DNA from: Auanema rhodensis
Taxonomy: Eukaryota > Animalia > Nematoda
Direction of reading: 5' to 3'
Assembly (NCBI GenBank): GCA_964057225.1
Contig: OZ059899.1
Span: 496,001-560,000, forward strand
Length of the DNA stretch: 64,000 bases
Of this stretch, positions 11,601 through 26,399 are shown in pieces. Under the pieces are notes generated by a model, which was given only the letters and a program-made list of their open reading frames with translations, had not been told where the DNA came from and made no database searches. A program made the translations under genes and the position numbers. Numbering within the stretch: the first letter of the stretch is position 1; every line of letters starts with the position of its first letter.

Positions 11601-14104
11601 TTCACGTGAAGCGAGTTACATACCAAGTGCACATCACGTGTACATTTAATTAGCATTAATTAAAGTTCACGTAAATTTCAAAGTCATGGTTACCATGAAC
11701 CAATATCAATAAAAATTTGTTTTTAGACTAATATGGACATGGGGAATCTAATTTTGAAAACCTCATCTCTTTATCTTTCACGTGAAGCGAGTTACATACC
11801 AAGTGCACATCACGTGTACATTTAATTAGCATAAATTAAAGTTCACGTAAATTTCAAAGTCATGGTTACCATGAACTAATATCAATAAAAATTTGTTTTT
11901 AGACTAATATGGACATGGGGAATCTAATTTTGAAAACCGCATCTCTTTATCTTTCACGTGAAGCGAGTTACATACCAAGTGCACATCACGTGTACATTTA
12001 ATTAGCATAAATTAAAGTTCACGTAAATTTCAAAGTCATGGTTACCATGAACCAATATCAATAAAAATTTGTTTTTAGACTAATATGGACATGGGGAATC
12101 TAATTTTGAAAACCGCATCTCTTTATCTTTCACGTGAAGCGAGTTACATACCAAGTGCACATCACGTGTACATTTAATTAGCATAAATTAAAGTTCACGT
12201 AAATTTCAAAGTCATGGTTACCATGAACCAATATCAATAAAAATTTGTTTTTAGACTAATATGGACATGGGGAATCTAATTTTGAAAACCGCATCTCTTT
12301 ATCTTTCACGTGAAGCGAGTTACATACCAAGTGCACATCACGTGTACATTTAATTAGCATAAATTAAAGTTCACGTAAATTTCAAAGTCATGGTTACCAT
12401 GCACCAATATCAATAAAAATTTGTTTTTAGACTAATATGGACATGGGGAATCTAATTTTGAAAACCGCATCTCTTTATCTTTCACGTGAAGCGAGTTACA
12501 TACCAAGTGCACATCACGTGTACATTTAATTAGCATAAATTAAAGTTCACGTAAATTTCAAAGTCATGGTTACCATGAACCAATATCAATAAAAATTTGT
12601 TTTTAGACTAATATGGACATGGGGAATCTAATTTTGAAAACCGCATCTCTTTATCGTTCACGTGAAGCGAGTTACATACCAAGTGCACATCACGTGTACA
12701 TTTAATTAGCATAAATTAAAGTTCACGTAAATTTCAAAGTCATGGTTACCATGAACCAATATCAATAAAAATTTGTTTTTAGACTAATATGGACATGGGG
12801 AATCTAATTTTGAAAACCGCATCTCTTTATCTTTCACGTGAAGCGAGTTACATACCAAGTGCACATCACGTGTACATTTAATTAGCATAAATTAAAGTTC
12901 ACGTAAATTTCAAAGTCATGGTTACCATGCACCAATATCAATAAAAATTTGTTTTTAGACTAATATGGACATGGGGAATCTAATTTTGAAAACCGCATCT
13001 CTTTATCTTTCACGTGAAGCGAGTTACATACCAAGTGCACATCACGTGTACATTTAATTAGCATAAATTAAAGTTCACGTAAATTTCAAAGTCATGGTTA
13101 CCATGAACCAATATCAATAAAAATTTGTTTTTAGACTAATATGGACATGGGGAATCTAATTTTGAAAACCGCATCTCTTTATCGTTCACGTGAAGCGAGT
13201 TACATACCAAGTGCACATCACGTGTACATTTAATTAGCATAAATTAAAGTTCACGTAAATTTCAAAGTCATGGTTACCATGCACCAATATCAATAAAAAT
13301 TTGTTTTTAGACTAATATGGACATGGGGAATCTAATTTTGGAAACCGCATCTCTTTATCTTTCACGTGAAGCGAGTTACATACCAAGAGCACATCACGTG
13401 TACATTTAATTAGCATAAATTGAAGTTCACGTAAATTTCAAAGTCATGGTTACCATGAACCAATATCAATAAAAATTTGTTTTTAGACTAATATGGACAT
13501 GGGAAATCTAATTTTGAAAACCGCATCTCTTTATCTTTCACGTGAAGCGAGTTACATACCAAGTGCACATCACGTGTACATTTAATTAGCATAAATTAAA
13601 GTTCACGTAAATTTCAAAGTCATGGTTACCATGCACCAATATCAATAAAAATTTGTTTTTAGACTAATATGGACATGGGGAATCTAATTTTGAAAACCGC
13701 ATCTCTTTATCTTTCACGTGAAGCGAGTTACATACCAAGTGCACATCACGTGTACATTTAATTAGCATAAATTGAAGTTCACGTAAATTTCAAAGTCATG
13801 GTTACCATGCACCAATATCAATAAAAATTTGTTTTTAGACTAATATGGACATGGGGAATCTAATTTTGAAAACCGCATCTCTTTATCTTTCACGTGAAGC
13901 GAGTTACATACCAAGTGCACATCACGTGTACATTTAATTAGCATAAATTAAAGTTCACGTAAATTTCAAAGTCATGGTTACCATGAACCAATATCAATAA
14001 AAATTTGTTTTTAGACTAATATGGACATGGGGAATCTAATTTTGAAAACCGCATCTCTTTATCTTTCACGTGAAGCGAGTTACATACCAAGTGCACATCA
14101 CGTG

Positions 14105-14302
14105 AACCTTATAACCTGTGATTCGAACTTATAACCTGTGATTCGAACTATAACCTGTGATTCGAACCTATAACCTGTGATTCGAACGTATAACCTGTGA
14201 TTCGAACGTATAACCTGTGATTCGAACTTATAACCTGTGATTCGAACTTATAACCTGTGATTCGAACTTATAACCTGTGATTCGAACAATAAACCCGTTC
14301 AA
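14105..14302 (+). repeat. 198-bp minisatellite insertion, copy 5
   Basis: Same site; AATAAA tail allele. Confidence 0.95.
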
Positions 14303-17300
14303 ACGTGTACATTTAATTAGCATAAATTAAAGTTCACGTAAATTTCAAAGTCATGGTTACCATGCACCAATATCAATAAAAATTTGTTTTTAGACTAATA
14401 TGGACATGGGGAATCTAATTTTGAAAACCGCATCTCTTTATCTTTCACGTGAAGCGAGTTACATACCAAGTGCACATCACGTGTACATTTAATTAGCATA
14501 AATTAAAGTTCACGTAAATTTCAAAGTCATGGTTACCATGCACCAATATCAATAAAAATTTGTTTTTAGACTAATATGGACATGGGGAATCTAATTTTGA
14601 AAACCGCATCTCTTTATCTTTCACGTGAAGCGAGTTACATACCAAGTGCACATCACGTGTACATTTAATTAGCATAAATTAAAGTTCACGTAAATTTCAA
14701 AGTCATGGTTACCATGCACCAATATCAATAAAAATTTGTTTTTAGACTAATATGGACATGGGGAATCTAATTTTGTAAACCGCATCTCTTTATCTTTCAC
14801 GTGAAGCGAGTTACATACCAAGTGCACATCACGTGTACATTTAATTAGCATAAATTAAAGTTCACGTAAATTTCAAAGTCATGGTTACCATGAACCAATA
14901 TCAATAAAAATTTGTTTTTAGACTAATATGGACATGGGGAATCTAATTTTGAAAACCGCATCTCTTTATCTTTCACGTGAAGCGAGTTACATACCAAGTG
15001 CACATCACGTGTACATTTAATTAGCATAAAATAAAGTTCACGTAAATTTCAAAGTCATGGTTACCATGCACCAATATCAATAAAAATTTGTTTTTAGACT
15101 AATATGGACATGGGGAATCTAATTTTGAAAACCGCATCTCTTTATCATTCACGTGAAGCGAGTAACATACTAAGTGCACATCACGTGTACATTTAATTAG
15201 CATAAATTAAAGTTCACGTAAATTTCAAAGTCATGGTTACCATGCACCAATATCAATAAAAATTTGTTTTTAGACTAATATGGACATGGGGAATCTAATT
15301 TTGAAAACCGCATCTCTTCATCTTTCACGTGAAGCGAGTTACATACCAAATGCACATCACGTGTACATTTAATTAGCATAAATTAAAGTTCACGTAAATT
15401 TCAAAGTCATGGTTACCATGCACCAATATCAATAAAAATTTGTTTTTAGACTAATATGGACATGGGGAATCTAATTTTGAAAACCGCATCTCTTTATCTT
15501 TCACGTGAAGCGAGTTACATACCAAGTGCACATCACGTGTACATTTAATTAGCATAAATTAAAGTTCACGTAAATTTCAAAGTCATGGTTACCATGCACC
15601 AATATCAATAAAAATTTGTTTTTAGACTAATATGGACATGGGGAATCTAATTTTGAAAACCGCATCTCTTTATCATTCACGTGAAGCGAGTAACATACTA
15701 AGTGCACATCACGTGTACATTTAATTAGCATAAATTAAAGTTCACGTAAATTTCAAAGTCATGGTTACCATGCACCAATATCAATAAAAATTTGTTTTTA
15801 GACTAATATGGACATGGGGAATCTAATTTTGTAAACCGCATCTCTTTATCTTTCACGTGAAGCGAGTTACATACCAAGTGCACATCACGTGTACATTTAA
15901 TTAGCATAAATTAAAGTTCTCGTAAATTTCAAAGTCATGGTTACCATGAACCAATATCAATAAAAATTTGTTTTTAGACTAATATGGACATGGGGAATCT
16001 AATTTTGAAAACCGCATCTCTTTATCTTTCACGTGAAGCGAGTTACATACCAAGTGCACATCACGTGTACATTTAATTAGCATAAATTAAAGTTCACGTA
16101 AATTTCAAAGTCATGGTTACCATGCACCAATATCAATAAAAATTTGTTTTTAGACTAATATGGACATGGGGAATCTAATTTTGAAAACCGCATCTCTTTA
16201 TCATTCACGTGAAGCGAGTAACATACTAAGTGCACATCACGTGTACATTTAATTAGCATAAATTAAAGTTCACGTAAATTTCAAAGTCATGGTTACCATG
16301 CACCAATATCAATAAAAATTTGTTTTTAGACTAATATGGACATGGGGAATCTAATTTTGAAAACCGCATCTCTTTATCTTTCACGTGAAGCGAGTTACAT
16401 ACCAAGTGCACATCACGTGTACATTTAATTAGCATAAATTAAAGTTCACGTAAATTTCAAAGTCATGGTTACCATGAACCAATATCAATAAAAATTTGTT
16501 TTTAGACTAATATGGACATGGGGAATCTAATTTTGAAAACCGCATCTCTTTATCTTTCACGTGAAGCGAGTTACATACCAAGTGCACATCACGTGTACAT
16601 TTAATTAGCATAAATTAAAGTTCACGTAAATTTCAAAGTCATGGTTACCATGCACCAATATCAATAAAAATTTGTTTTTAGACTAATATGGACATGGGGA
16701 ATCTAATTTTGAAAACCGCATCTCTTTATCTTTCACGTGAAGCGAGTTACATACCAAGTGCACATCACGTGTACATTTAATTAGCATAAATTAAAGTTCA
16801 CGTAAATTTCAAAGTCATGGTTACCATGAACCAATATCAATAAAAATTTGTTTTTAGACTAATATGGACATGGGGAATCTAATTTTGAAAACCGCATCTC
16901 TTTATCTTTCACGTGAAGCGAGTTACATACCAAGTGCACATCACGTGTACATTTAATTAGCATAAATTAAAGTTCACGTAAATTTCAAAGTCATGGTTAC
17001 CATGAACCAATATCAATAAAAATTTGTTTTTAGACTAATATGGACATGGGGAATCTAATTTTGAAAACCGCATCTCTTTATCTTTCACGTGAAGCGAGTT
17101 ACATACCAAGTGCACATCACGTGTACATTTAATTAGCATAAATTAAAGTTCACGTAAATTTCAAAGTCATGGTTACCATGAACCAATATCAATAAAAATT
17201 TGTTTTTAGACTAATATGGACATGGGGAATCTAATTTTGAAAACCGCATCTCTTTATCTTTCACGTGAAGCGAGTTACATACCAAGTGCACATCACGTGT

Positions 17301-20023
17301 ACATTTAATTAGCATAAATCAAAGTTCACGTAAATTTCAAAGTCATGGTTACCATGAACCAATATCAATAAAAATTTGTTTTTAGACTAATATGGACATG
17401 GGGAATCTAATTTTGAAAACCGCATCTCTTTATCTTTCACGTGAAGCGAGTTACATACCAAGTGCACATCACGTGTACATTTAATTAGCATAAATTAAAG
17501 TTCACGTAAATTTCAAAGTCATGGTTACCATGCACCAATATCAATAAAAATTTGTTTTTAGACTAAAATGGACATGGGGAATCTAATTTTGAAAACCGCA
17601 TCTCTTTATCTTTCACGTGAAGCGAGTTACATACCAAGTGCACATCACGTGTACATTTAATTAGCATAAATTAAAGTTCACGTAAATTTCAAAGTCATGG
17701 TTACCATGAACCAATATCAATAAAAATTTGTTTTTAGACTAATATGGACATGGGGAATCTAATTTTGAAAACCGCATCTCTTTATCTTTCACGTGAAGCG
17801 AGTTACATACCAAGTGCACATCACGTGTACATTTAATTAGCATAAATTAAAGTTCACGTAAATTTCAAAGTCATGGTTACCATGAACCAATATCAATAAA
17901 AATTTGTTTTTAGACTAATATGGACATGGGGAATCTAATTTTGAAAACCGCATCTCTTTATCTTTCACGTGAAGCGAGTTACATACCAAGTGCACATCAC
18001 GTGTACATTTAATTAGCATAAATTAAAGTTCACGTAAATTTCAAAGTCATGGTTACCATGAACCAATATCAATAAAAATTTGTTTTTAGACTAATATGGA
18101 CATGGGGAATCTAATTTTGAAAACCGCATCTCTTTATCTTTCACGTGAAGCGAGTTACATTCCAAGTGCACATCACGTGTACATTTAATTAGCATAAATC
18201 AAAGTTCACGTAAATTTCAATGTCATGGTTACCATGAACCAATATCAATAAAAATTTGTTTTTAGACTAATATGGACATGGGGAATCTAATTTTGAAAAC
18301 CGCATCTTTTTATCTTTCACGTGAAGCGAGTTACATACCAAGTGCACATCACGTGTACATTTAATTAGCATAAATTAAAGTTCACGTAAATTTCAAAGTC
18401 ATGGTTACCATGCACCAATATCAATAAAAATTTGTTTTTAGACTAATATGGACATGGGGAATCTAATTTTGAAAACCGCATCTCTTTATCTTTCACGTGA
18501 AGCGAGTTACATACCAAGTGCACATCACGTGTATATTTAATTAGCATAAATTAAAGTTCACGTAAATTTCAAAGTCATGGTTACCATGCACCAATATCAA
18601 TAAAAATTTGTTTTTAGACTAATATGGACATGGGGAATCTAATTTTGAAAACCGCATCTCTTTATCTTTCACGTGAAGCGAGTTACATACCAAGTGCACA
18701 TCACGTGTACATTTAATTAGCATAAATTAAAGTTCACGTAAATTTCAAAGTCATGGTTACCATGCACCAATATCAATAAAAATTTGTTTTTAGACTAAAA
18801 TGGACATGGGGAATCTAATTTTGAAAACCGCATCTCTTTATCTTTCACGTGAAGCGAGTTACATACCAAGTGCACATCACGTGTACATTTAATTAGCATA
18901 AATTAAAGTTCACGTAAATTTCAAAGTCATGGTTACCATGAACCAATATCAATAAAAATTTGTTTTTAGACTAATATGGACATGGGGAATCTAATTTTGA
19001 AAACCGCATCTCTTTATCTTTCACGTGAAGCGAGTTACATACCAAGTGCACATCACGTGTACATTTAATTAGCATAAATTAAAGTTCACGTAAATTTCAA
19101 AGTCATGGTTACCATGAACCAATATCAATAAAAATTTGTTTTTAGACTAATATGGACATGGGGAATCTAATTTTGAAAACCGCATCTCTTTATCTTTCAC
19201 GTGAAGCGAGTTACATACCAAGTGCACATCACGTGTACATTTAATTAGCATAAATTAAAGTTCACGTAAATTTCAAAGTCATGGTTACCATGAACCAATA
19301 TCAATAAAAATTTGTTTTTAGACTAATATGGACATGGGGAATCTACTTTTGAAAACCGCATCTCTTTATCTTTCACGTGAAGCGAGTTACATACCAAGTG
19401 CACATCACGTGTACATTTAATTAGCATAAATCAAAGTTCACGTAAATTTCAATGTCATGGTTACCATGAACCAATATCAATAAAAATTTGTTTTTAGACT
19501 AATATGGACATGGGGAATCTAATTTTGAAAACCGCATCTTTTTATCTTTCACGTGAAGCGAGTTACATACCAAGTGCACATCACGTGTACATTTAATTAG
19601 CATAAATTAAAGTTCACGTAAATTTCAAAGTCATGGTTACCATGCACCAATATCAATAAAAATTTGTTTTTAGACTAATATGGACATGGGGAATCTAATT
19701 TTGAAAACCGCATCTCTTTATCTTTCACGTGAAGCGAGTTACATACCAAGTGCACATCACGTGTACATTTAATTAGCATAAATTAAAGTTCACGTAAATT
19801 TCAAAGTCATGGTTACCATGAACCAATATCAATAAAAATTTGTTTTTAGACTAATATGGACATGGGGAATCTAATTTTGAAAACCGCATCTCTTTATCTT
19901 TCACGTGAAGCGAGTTACATACCAAGTGCACATCACGTGTACATTTAATTAGCATAAATTAAAGTTCACGTAAATTTCAAAGTCATGGTTACCATGCACC
20001 AATATCAATAAAAATTTGTTTTT

Positions 20024-20142
20024 AGACTACTTTTGACTGTTTTTAGACCCATCACGTGTACATTTAATTAGCATAAATTAAAGTTCACGTAAATTTCAAA
20101 GTCATGGTTACCATGCACCAATATCAATAAAAATTTGTTTTT
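20024..20142 (+). repeat. 119-bp deletion monomer, copy 1
   Basis: Monomer positions 7-83 are replaced by the 20-bp filler CTTTTGACTGTTTTTAGACC (20030-20049). Confidence 0.95.
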
Positions 20143-23100
20143 AGACTAATATGGACATGGGGAATCTAATTTTGAAAACCGCATCTCTTTATCTTTCACG
20201 TGAAGCGAGTTACATACCAAGTGCACATCACGTGTACATTTAATTAGCATAAATTAAAGTTCACGTAAATTTCAAAGTCATGGTTACCATGAACCAATAT
20301 CAATAAAAATTTGTTTTTAGACTAATATGGACATGGGGAATCTAATTTTGAAAACCGCATCTCTTTATCTTTCACGTGAAGCGAGTTACATACCAAGTGC
20401 ACATCACGTGTACATTTAATTAGCATAAATCAAAGTTCACGTAAATTTCAATGTCATGGTTACCATGAACCAATATCAATAAAAATTTGTTTTTAGACTA
20501 ATATGGACATGGGGAATCTAATTTTGAAAACCGCATCTTTTTATCTTTCACGTGAAGCGAGTTACATACCAAGTGCACATCACGTGTACATTTAATTAGC
20601 ATAAATTAAAGTTCACGTAAATTTCAAAGTCATGGTTACCATGCACCAATATCAATAAAAATTTGTTTTTAGACTAATATGGACATGGGGAATCTAATTT
20701 TGAAAACCGCATCTCTTTATCTTTCACGTGAAGCGAGTTACATACCAAGTGCACATCACGTGTACATTTAATTAGCATAAATTAAAGTTCACGTAAATTT
20801 CAAAGTCATGGTTACCATGAACCAATATCAATTAATATTTGTTTTTAGACTAATATGGACATGGGGAATCTAATTTTGAAAACCGCATCTCTTTATCTTT
20901 CACGTGAAGCGAGTTACATACCAAGTGCACATCACGTGTACATTTAATTAACATAAATTAAAGTTCACGTAAATTTCAAAGTCATGGTTACCATGAACCA
21001 ATATCAATAAAAATTTGTTTTTAGACTAATATGGACATGGGGAATCTAATTTTGAAAACCGCATCTCTTTATCTTTCACGTGAAGCGAGTTACATACCAA
21101 GTGCACATCACGTGTACATTTAATTAGCATAAATTAAAGTTCACGTAAATTTCAAAGTCATGGTTACCATGCACCAATATCAATAAAAATTTGTTTTTAG
21201 ACTAATATGGACATGGGGAATCTAATTTTGAAAACCGCATCTCTTTATCTTTCACGTGAAGCGAGTTACATACCAAGTGCACATCACGTGTACATTTAAT
21301 TAACATAAATTAAAGTTCACGTAAATTTCAAAGTCATGGTTACCATGAACCAATATCAATAAAAATTTGTTTTTAGACTAATATGGACATGGGGAATCTA
21401 ATTTTGAAAACCGCATCTCTTTATCTTTCACGTGAAGCGAGTTACATACCAAGTGCACATCACGTGTACATTTAATTAGCATAAATTAAAGTTCACGTAA
21501 ATTTCAAAGTCATGGTTACCATGAACCAATATCAATTAATATTTGTTTTTAGACTAATATGGACATGGGGAATCTAATTTTGAAAACCGCATCTCTTTAT
21601 CTTTCACGTGAAGCGAGTTACATACCAAGTGCACATCACGTGTACATTTAATTAGCATAAATTAAAGTTCACGTAAATTTCAAAGTCATGGTTACCATGC
21701 ACCAATATCAATAAAAATTTGTTTTTAGACTAATATGGACATGGGGAATCTAATTTTGAAAACCGCATCTCTTTATCTTTCACGTGAAGCGAGTTACATA
21801 CCAAGTGCACATCACGTGTACATTTAATTAGCATAAATTAAAGTTCACGTAAATTTCAAAGTCATGGTTACCATGCACCAATATCAATAAAAATTTGTTT
21901 TTAGACTAATATGGACATGGGGAATCTAATTTTGAAAACCGCATCTCTTTATCTTTCACGTGAAGCGAGTTACATACCAAGTGCACATCACGTGTACATT
22001 TAATTAACATAAATTAAAGTTCACGTAAATTTCAAAGTCATGGTTACCATGAACCAATATCAATAAAAATTTGTTTTTAGACTAATATGGACATGGGGAA
22101 TCTAATTTTGAAAACCGCATCTCTTTATCTTTCACGTGAAGCGAGTTACATACCAAGTGCACATCACGTGTACATTTAATTAGCATAAATTAAAGTTCAC
22201 GTAAATTTCAAAGTCATGGTTACCATGAACCAATATCAATTAATATTTGTTTTTAGACTAATATGGACATGGGGAATCTAATTTTGAAAACCGCATCTCT
22301 TTATCATTCACGTGAAGCGAGTAACATACTAAGTGCACATCACGTGTACATTTAATTAGCATAAATTAAAGTTCACGTAAATTTCAAAGTCATGGTTACC
22401 ATGCACCAATATCAATAAAAATTTGTTTTTAGACTAATATGGACATGGGGAATCTAATTTTGAAAACCGCATCTCTTTATCTTTCACGTGAAGAGAGTTA
22501 CATACCAAGTGCACATCACGTGTACATTTAATTAGCATAAATTAAAGTTCACGTAAATTTCAAAGTCATGGTTACCATGCACCAATATCAATAAAAATTT
22601 GTTTTTAGACTAATATGGACATGGGGAATCTAATTTTGAAAACCGCATCTCTTCATCTTTCACGTGAAGCGAGTTACATACCAAGTGCACATCACGTGTA
22701 CATTTAATTAGCATAAATTAAAGTTCACGTAAATTTCAAAGTCATGGTTACCATGCACCAATATCAATAAAAATTTGTTTTTAGACTAATATGGACATGG
22801 GGAATCTAATTATGAAAACCGCATCTCTTCATCTTTCACGTGAAGCGAGTTACATACCAAGTGCACATCACGTGTACATTTAATTAGCATAAATTAAAGT
22901 TCACGTAAATTTCAAAGTCATGGTTACCATGCACCAATATCAATAAAAATTTGTTTTTAGACTAATATGGACATGGGGAATCTAATTTTGAAAACCGCAT
23001 CTCTTCATCTTTCACGTGAAGCGAGTTACATACCAAGTGCACATCACGTGTACATTTAATTAGCATAAATTAAAGTTCACGTAAATTTCAAAGTCATGGT

Positions 23101-26100
23101 TACCATGCACCAATATCAATAAAAATTTGTTTTTAGACTAATATGGACATGGGGAATCTAATTTTGAAAACCGCATCTCTTTATCTTTCACGTGAAGCGA
23201 GTTACATACCAAGTGCACATCACGTGTACATTTAATTAGCATAAATTAAAGTTCACGTAAATTTCAAAGTCATGGTTACCATGAACCAATATCAATAAAA
23301 ATTTGTTTTTAGACTAATATGGACATGGGGAATCTAATTTTGAAAACCGCATCTCTTTATCTTTCACGTGAAGCGAGTTACATACCAAGTGCACATCACG
23401 TGTACATTTAATTAGCATTAATTAAAGTTCACGTAAATTTCAAAGTCATGGTTACCATGAACCAATATCAATAAAAATTTGTTTTTAGACTAATATGGAC
23501 ATGGGGAATCTAATTTTGAAAACCTCATCTCTTTATCTTTCACGTGAAGCGAGTTACATACCAAGTGCACATCACGTGTACATTTAATTAGCATAAATTA
23601 AAGTTCACGTAAATTTCAAAGTCATGGTTACCATGAACTAATATCAATAAAAATTTGTTTTTAGACTAATATGGACATGGGGAATCTAATTTTGAAAACC
23701 GCATCTCTTTATCTTTCACGTGAAGCGAGTTACATACCAAGTGCACATCACGTGTACATTTAATTAGCATAAATTAAAGTTCACGTAAATTTCAAAGTCA
23801 TGGTTACCATGAACCAATATCAATAAAAATTTGTTTTTAGACTAATATGGACATGGGGAATCTAATTTTGAAAACCGCATCTCTTTATCTTTCACGTGAA
23901 GCGAGTTACATACCAAGTGCACATCACGTGTACATTTAATTAGCATAAATTAAAGTTCACGTAAATTTCAAAGTCATGGTTACCATGCACCAATATCAAT
24001 AAAAATTTGTTTTTAGACTAATATGGACATGGGGAATCTAATTTTGAAAACCGCATCTCTTTATCTTTCACGTTAAGCGAGTTACATACCAAGTGCACAT
24101 CACGTGTACATTTAATTAGCATAAATTAAAGTTCACGTAAATTTCAAAGTCATGGTTACCATGCACCAATATCAATAAAAATTTGTTTTTAGACTAATAT
24201 GGACATGAGGAATCTAATTTTGAAAACCGCATCTCTTCATCTTTCACGTGAAGCGAGTTACATACCAAGTGCACATCACGTGTACATTTAATTAGCATAA
24301 ATTAAAGTTCACGTAAATTTCAAAGTCATGGTTACCATGCACCAATATCAATAAAAATTTGTTTTTAGACTAATATGGACATGGGGAATCTAATTTTGAA
24401 AACCGCATCTCTTTATCTTTCACGTGAAGCGAGTTACATACCAAGTGCACATCACGTGTACATTTAATTAGCATTAATTAAAGTTCACGTAAATTTCAAA
24501 GTCATGGTTACCATGAACCAATATCAATAAAAATTTGTTTTTAGACTAATATGGACATGGGGAATCTAATTTTGAAAACCTCATCTCTTTATCTTTCACG
24601 TGAAGCGAGTTACATACCAAGTGCACATCACGTGTACATTTAATTAGCATAAATTAAAGTTCACGTAAATTTCAAAGTCATGGTTACCATGAACTAATAT
24701 CAATAAAAATTTGTTTTTAGACTAATATGGACATGGGGAATCTAATTTTGAAAACCGCATCTCTTTATCTTTCACGTGAAGCGAGTTACATACCAAGTGC
24801 ACATCACGTGTACATTTAATTAGCATAAATTAAAGTTCACGTAAATTTCAAAGTCATGGTTACCATGAACCAATATCAATAAAAATTTGTTTTTAGACTA
24901 ATATGGACATGGGGAATCTAATTTTGAAAACCGCATCTCTTTATCTTTCACGTGAAGCGAGTTACATACCAAGTGCACATCACGTGTACATTTAATTAGC
25001 ATAAATTAAAGTTCACGTAAATTTCAAAGTCATGGTTACCATGCACCAATATCAATAAAAATTTGTTTTTAGACTAATATGGACATGGGGAATCTAATTT
25101 TGAAAACCGCATCTCTTTATCTTTCACGTGAAGCGAGTTACATACCAAGTGCACATCACGTGTACATTTAATTAGCATAAATTAAAGTTCACGTAAATTT
25201 CAAAGTCATGGTTACCATGCACCAATATCAATAAAAATTTGTTTTTAGACTAATATGGACATGAGGAATCTAATTTTGAAAACCGCATCTCTTCATCTTT
25301 CACGTGAAGCGAGTTACATACCAAGTGCACATCACGTGTACATTTAATTAGCATAAATTAAAGTTCACGTAAATTTCAAAGTCATGGTTACCATGCACCA
25401 ATATCAATAAAAATTTGTTTTTAGACTAATATGGACATGGGGAATCTAATTTTGAAAACCGCATCTCTTTATCTTTCACGTGAAGCGAGTTACATACCAA
25501 GTGCACATCACGTGTACATTTAATTAGCATAAATCAAAGTTCACGTAAATTTCAAAGTCATGGTTACCATGAACCAATATCAATAAAAATTTGTTTTTAG
25601 ACTAATATGGACATGGGGAATCTAATTTTGAAAACCGCATCTCTTTATCTTTCACGTGAAGCGAGTTACATACCAAGTGCACATCACGTGTACATTTAAT
25701 TAGCATAAATTAAAGTTCACGTAAATTTCAAAGTCATGGTTACCATGCACCAATATCAATAAAAATTTGTTTTTAGACTAATATGGACATGGGGAATCTA
25801 ATTTTGAAAACCGCATCTCTTTATCTTTCACGTGAAGCGAGTTACATACCAAGTGCACATCACGTGTACATTTAATTAGCATAAATTAAAGTTCACGTAA
25901 ATTTCAAAGTCATGGTTACCATGCACCAATATCAATAAAAATTTGTTTTTAGACTAATATGGACATGAGGAATCTAATTTTGAAAACCGCATCTCTTCAT
26001 CTTTCACGTGAAGCGAGTTACATACCAAGTGCACATCACGTGTACATTTAATTAGCATAAATTAAAGTTCACGTAAATTTCAAAGTCATGGTTACCATGC

Positions 26101-26399
26101 ACCAATATCAATAAAAATTTGTTTTTAGACTAATATGGACATGGGGAATCTAATTTTGAAAACCGCATCTCTTTATCTTTCACGTGAAGCGAGTTACATA
26201 CCAAGTGCACATCACGTGTACATTTAATTAGCATTAATTAAAGTTCACGTAAATTTCAAAGTCATGGTTACCATGAACCAATATCAATAAAAATTTGTTT
26301 TTAGACTAATATGGACATGGGGAATCTAATTTTGAAAACCTCATCTCTTTATCTTTCACGTGAAGCGAGTTACATACCAAGTGCACATCACGTGTACAT

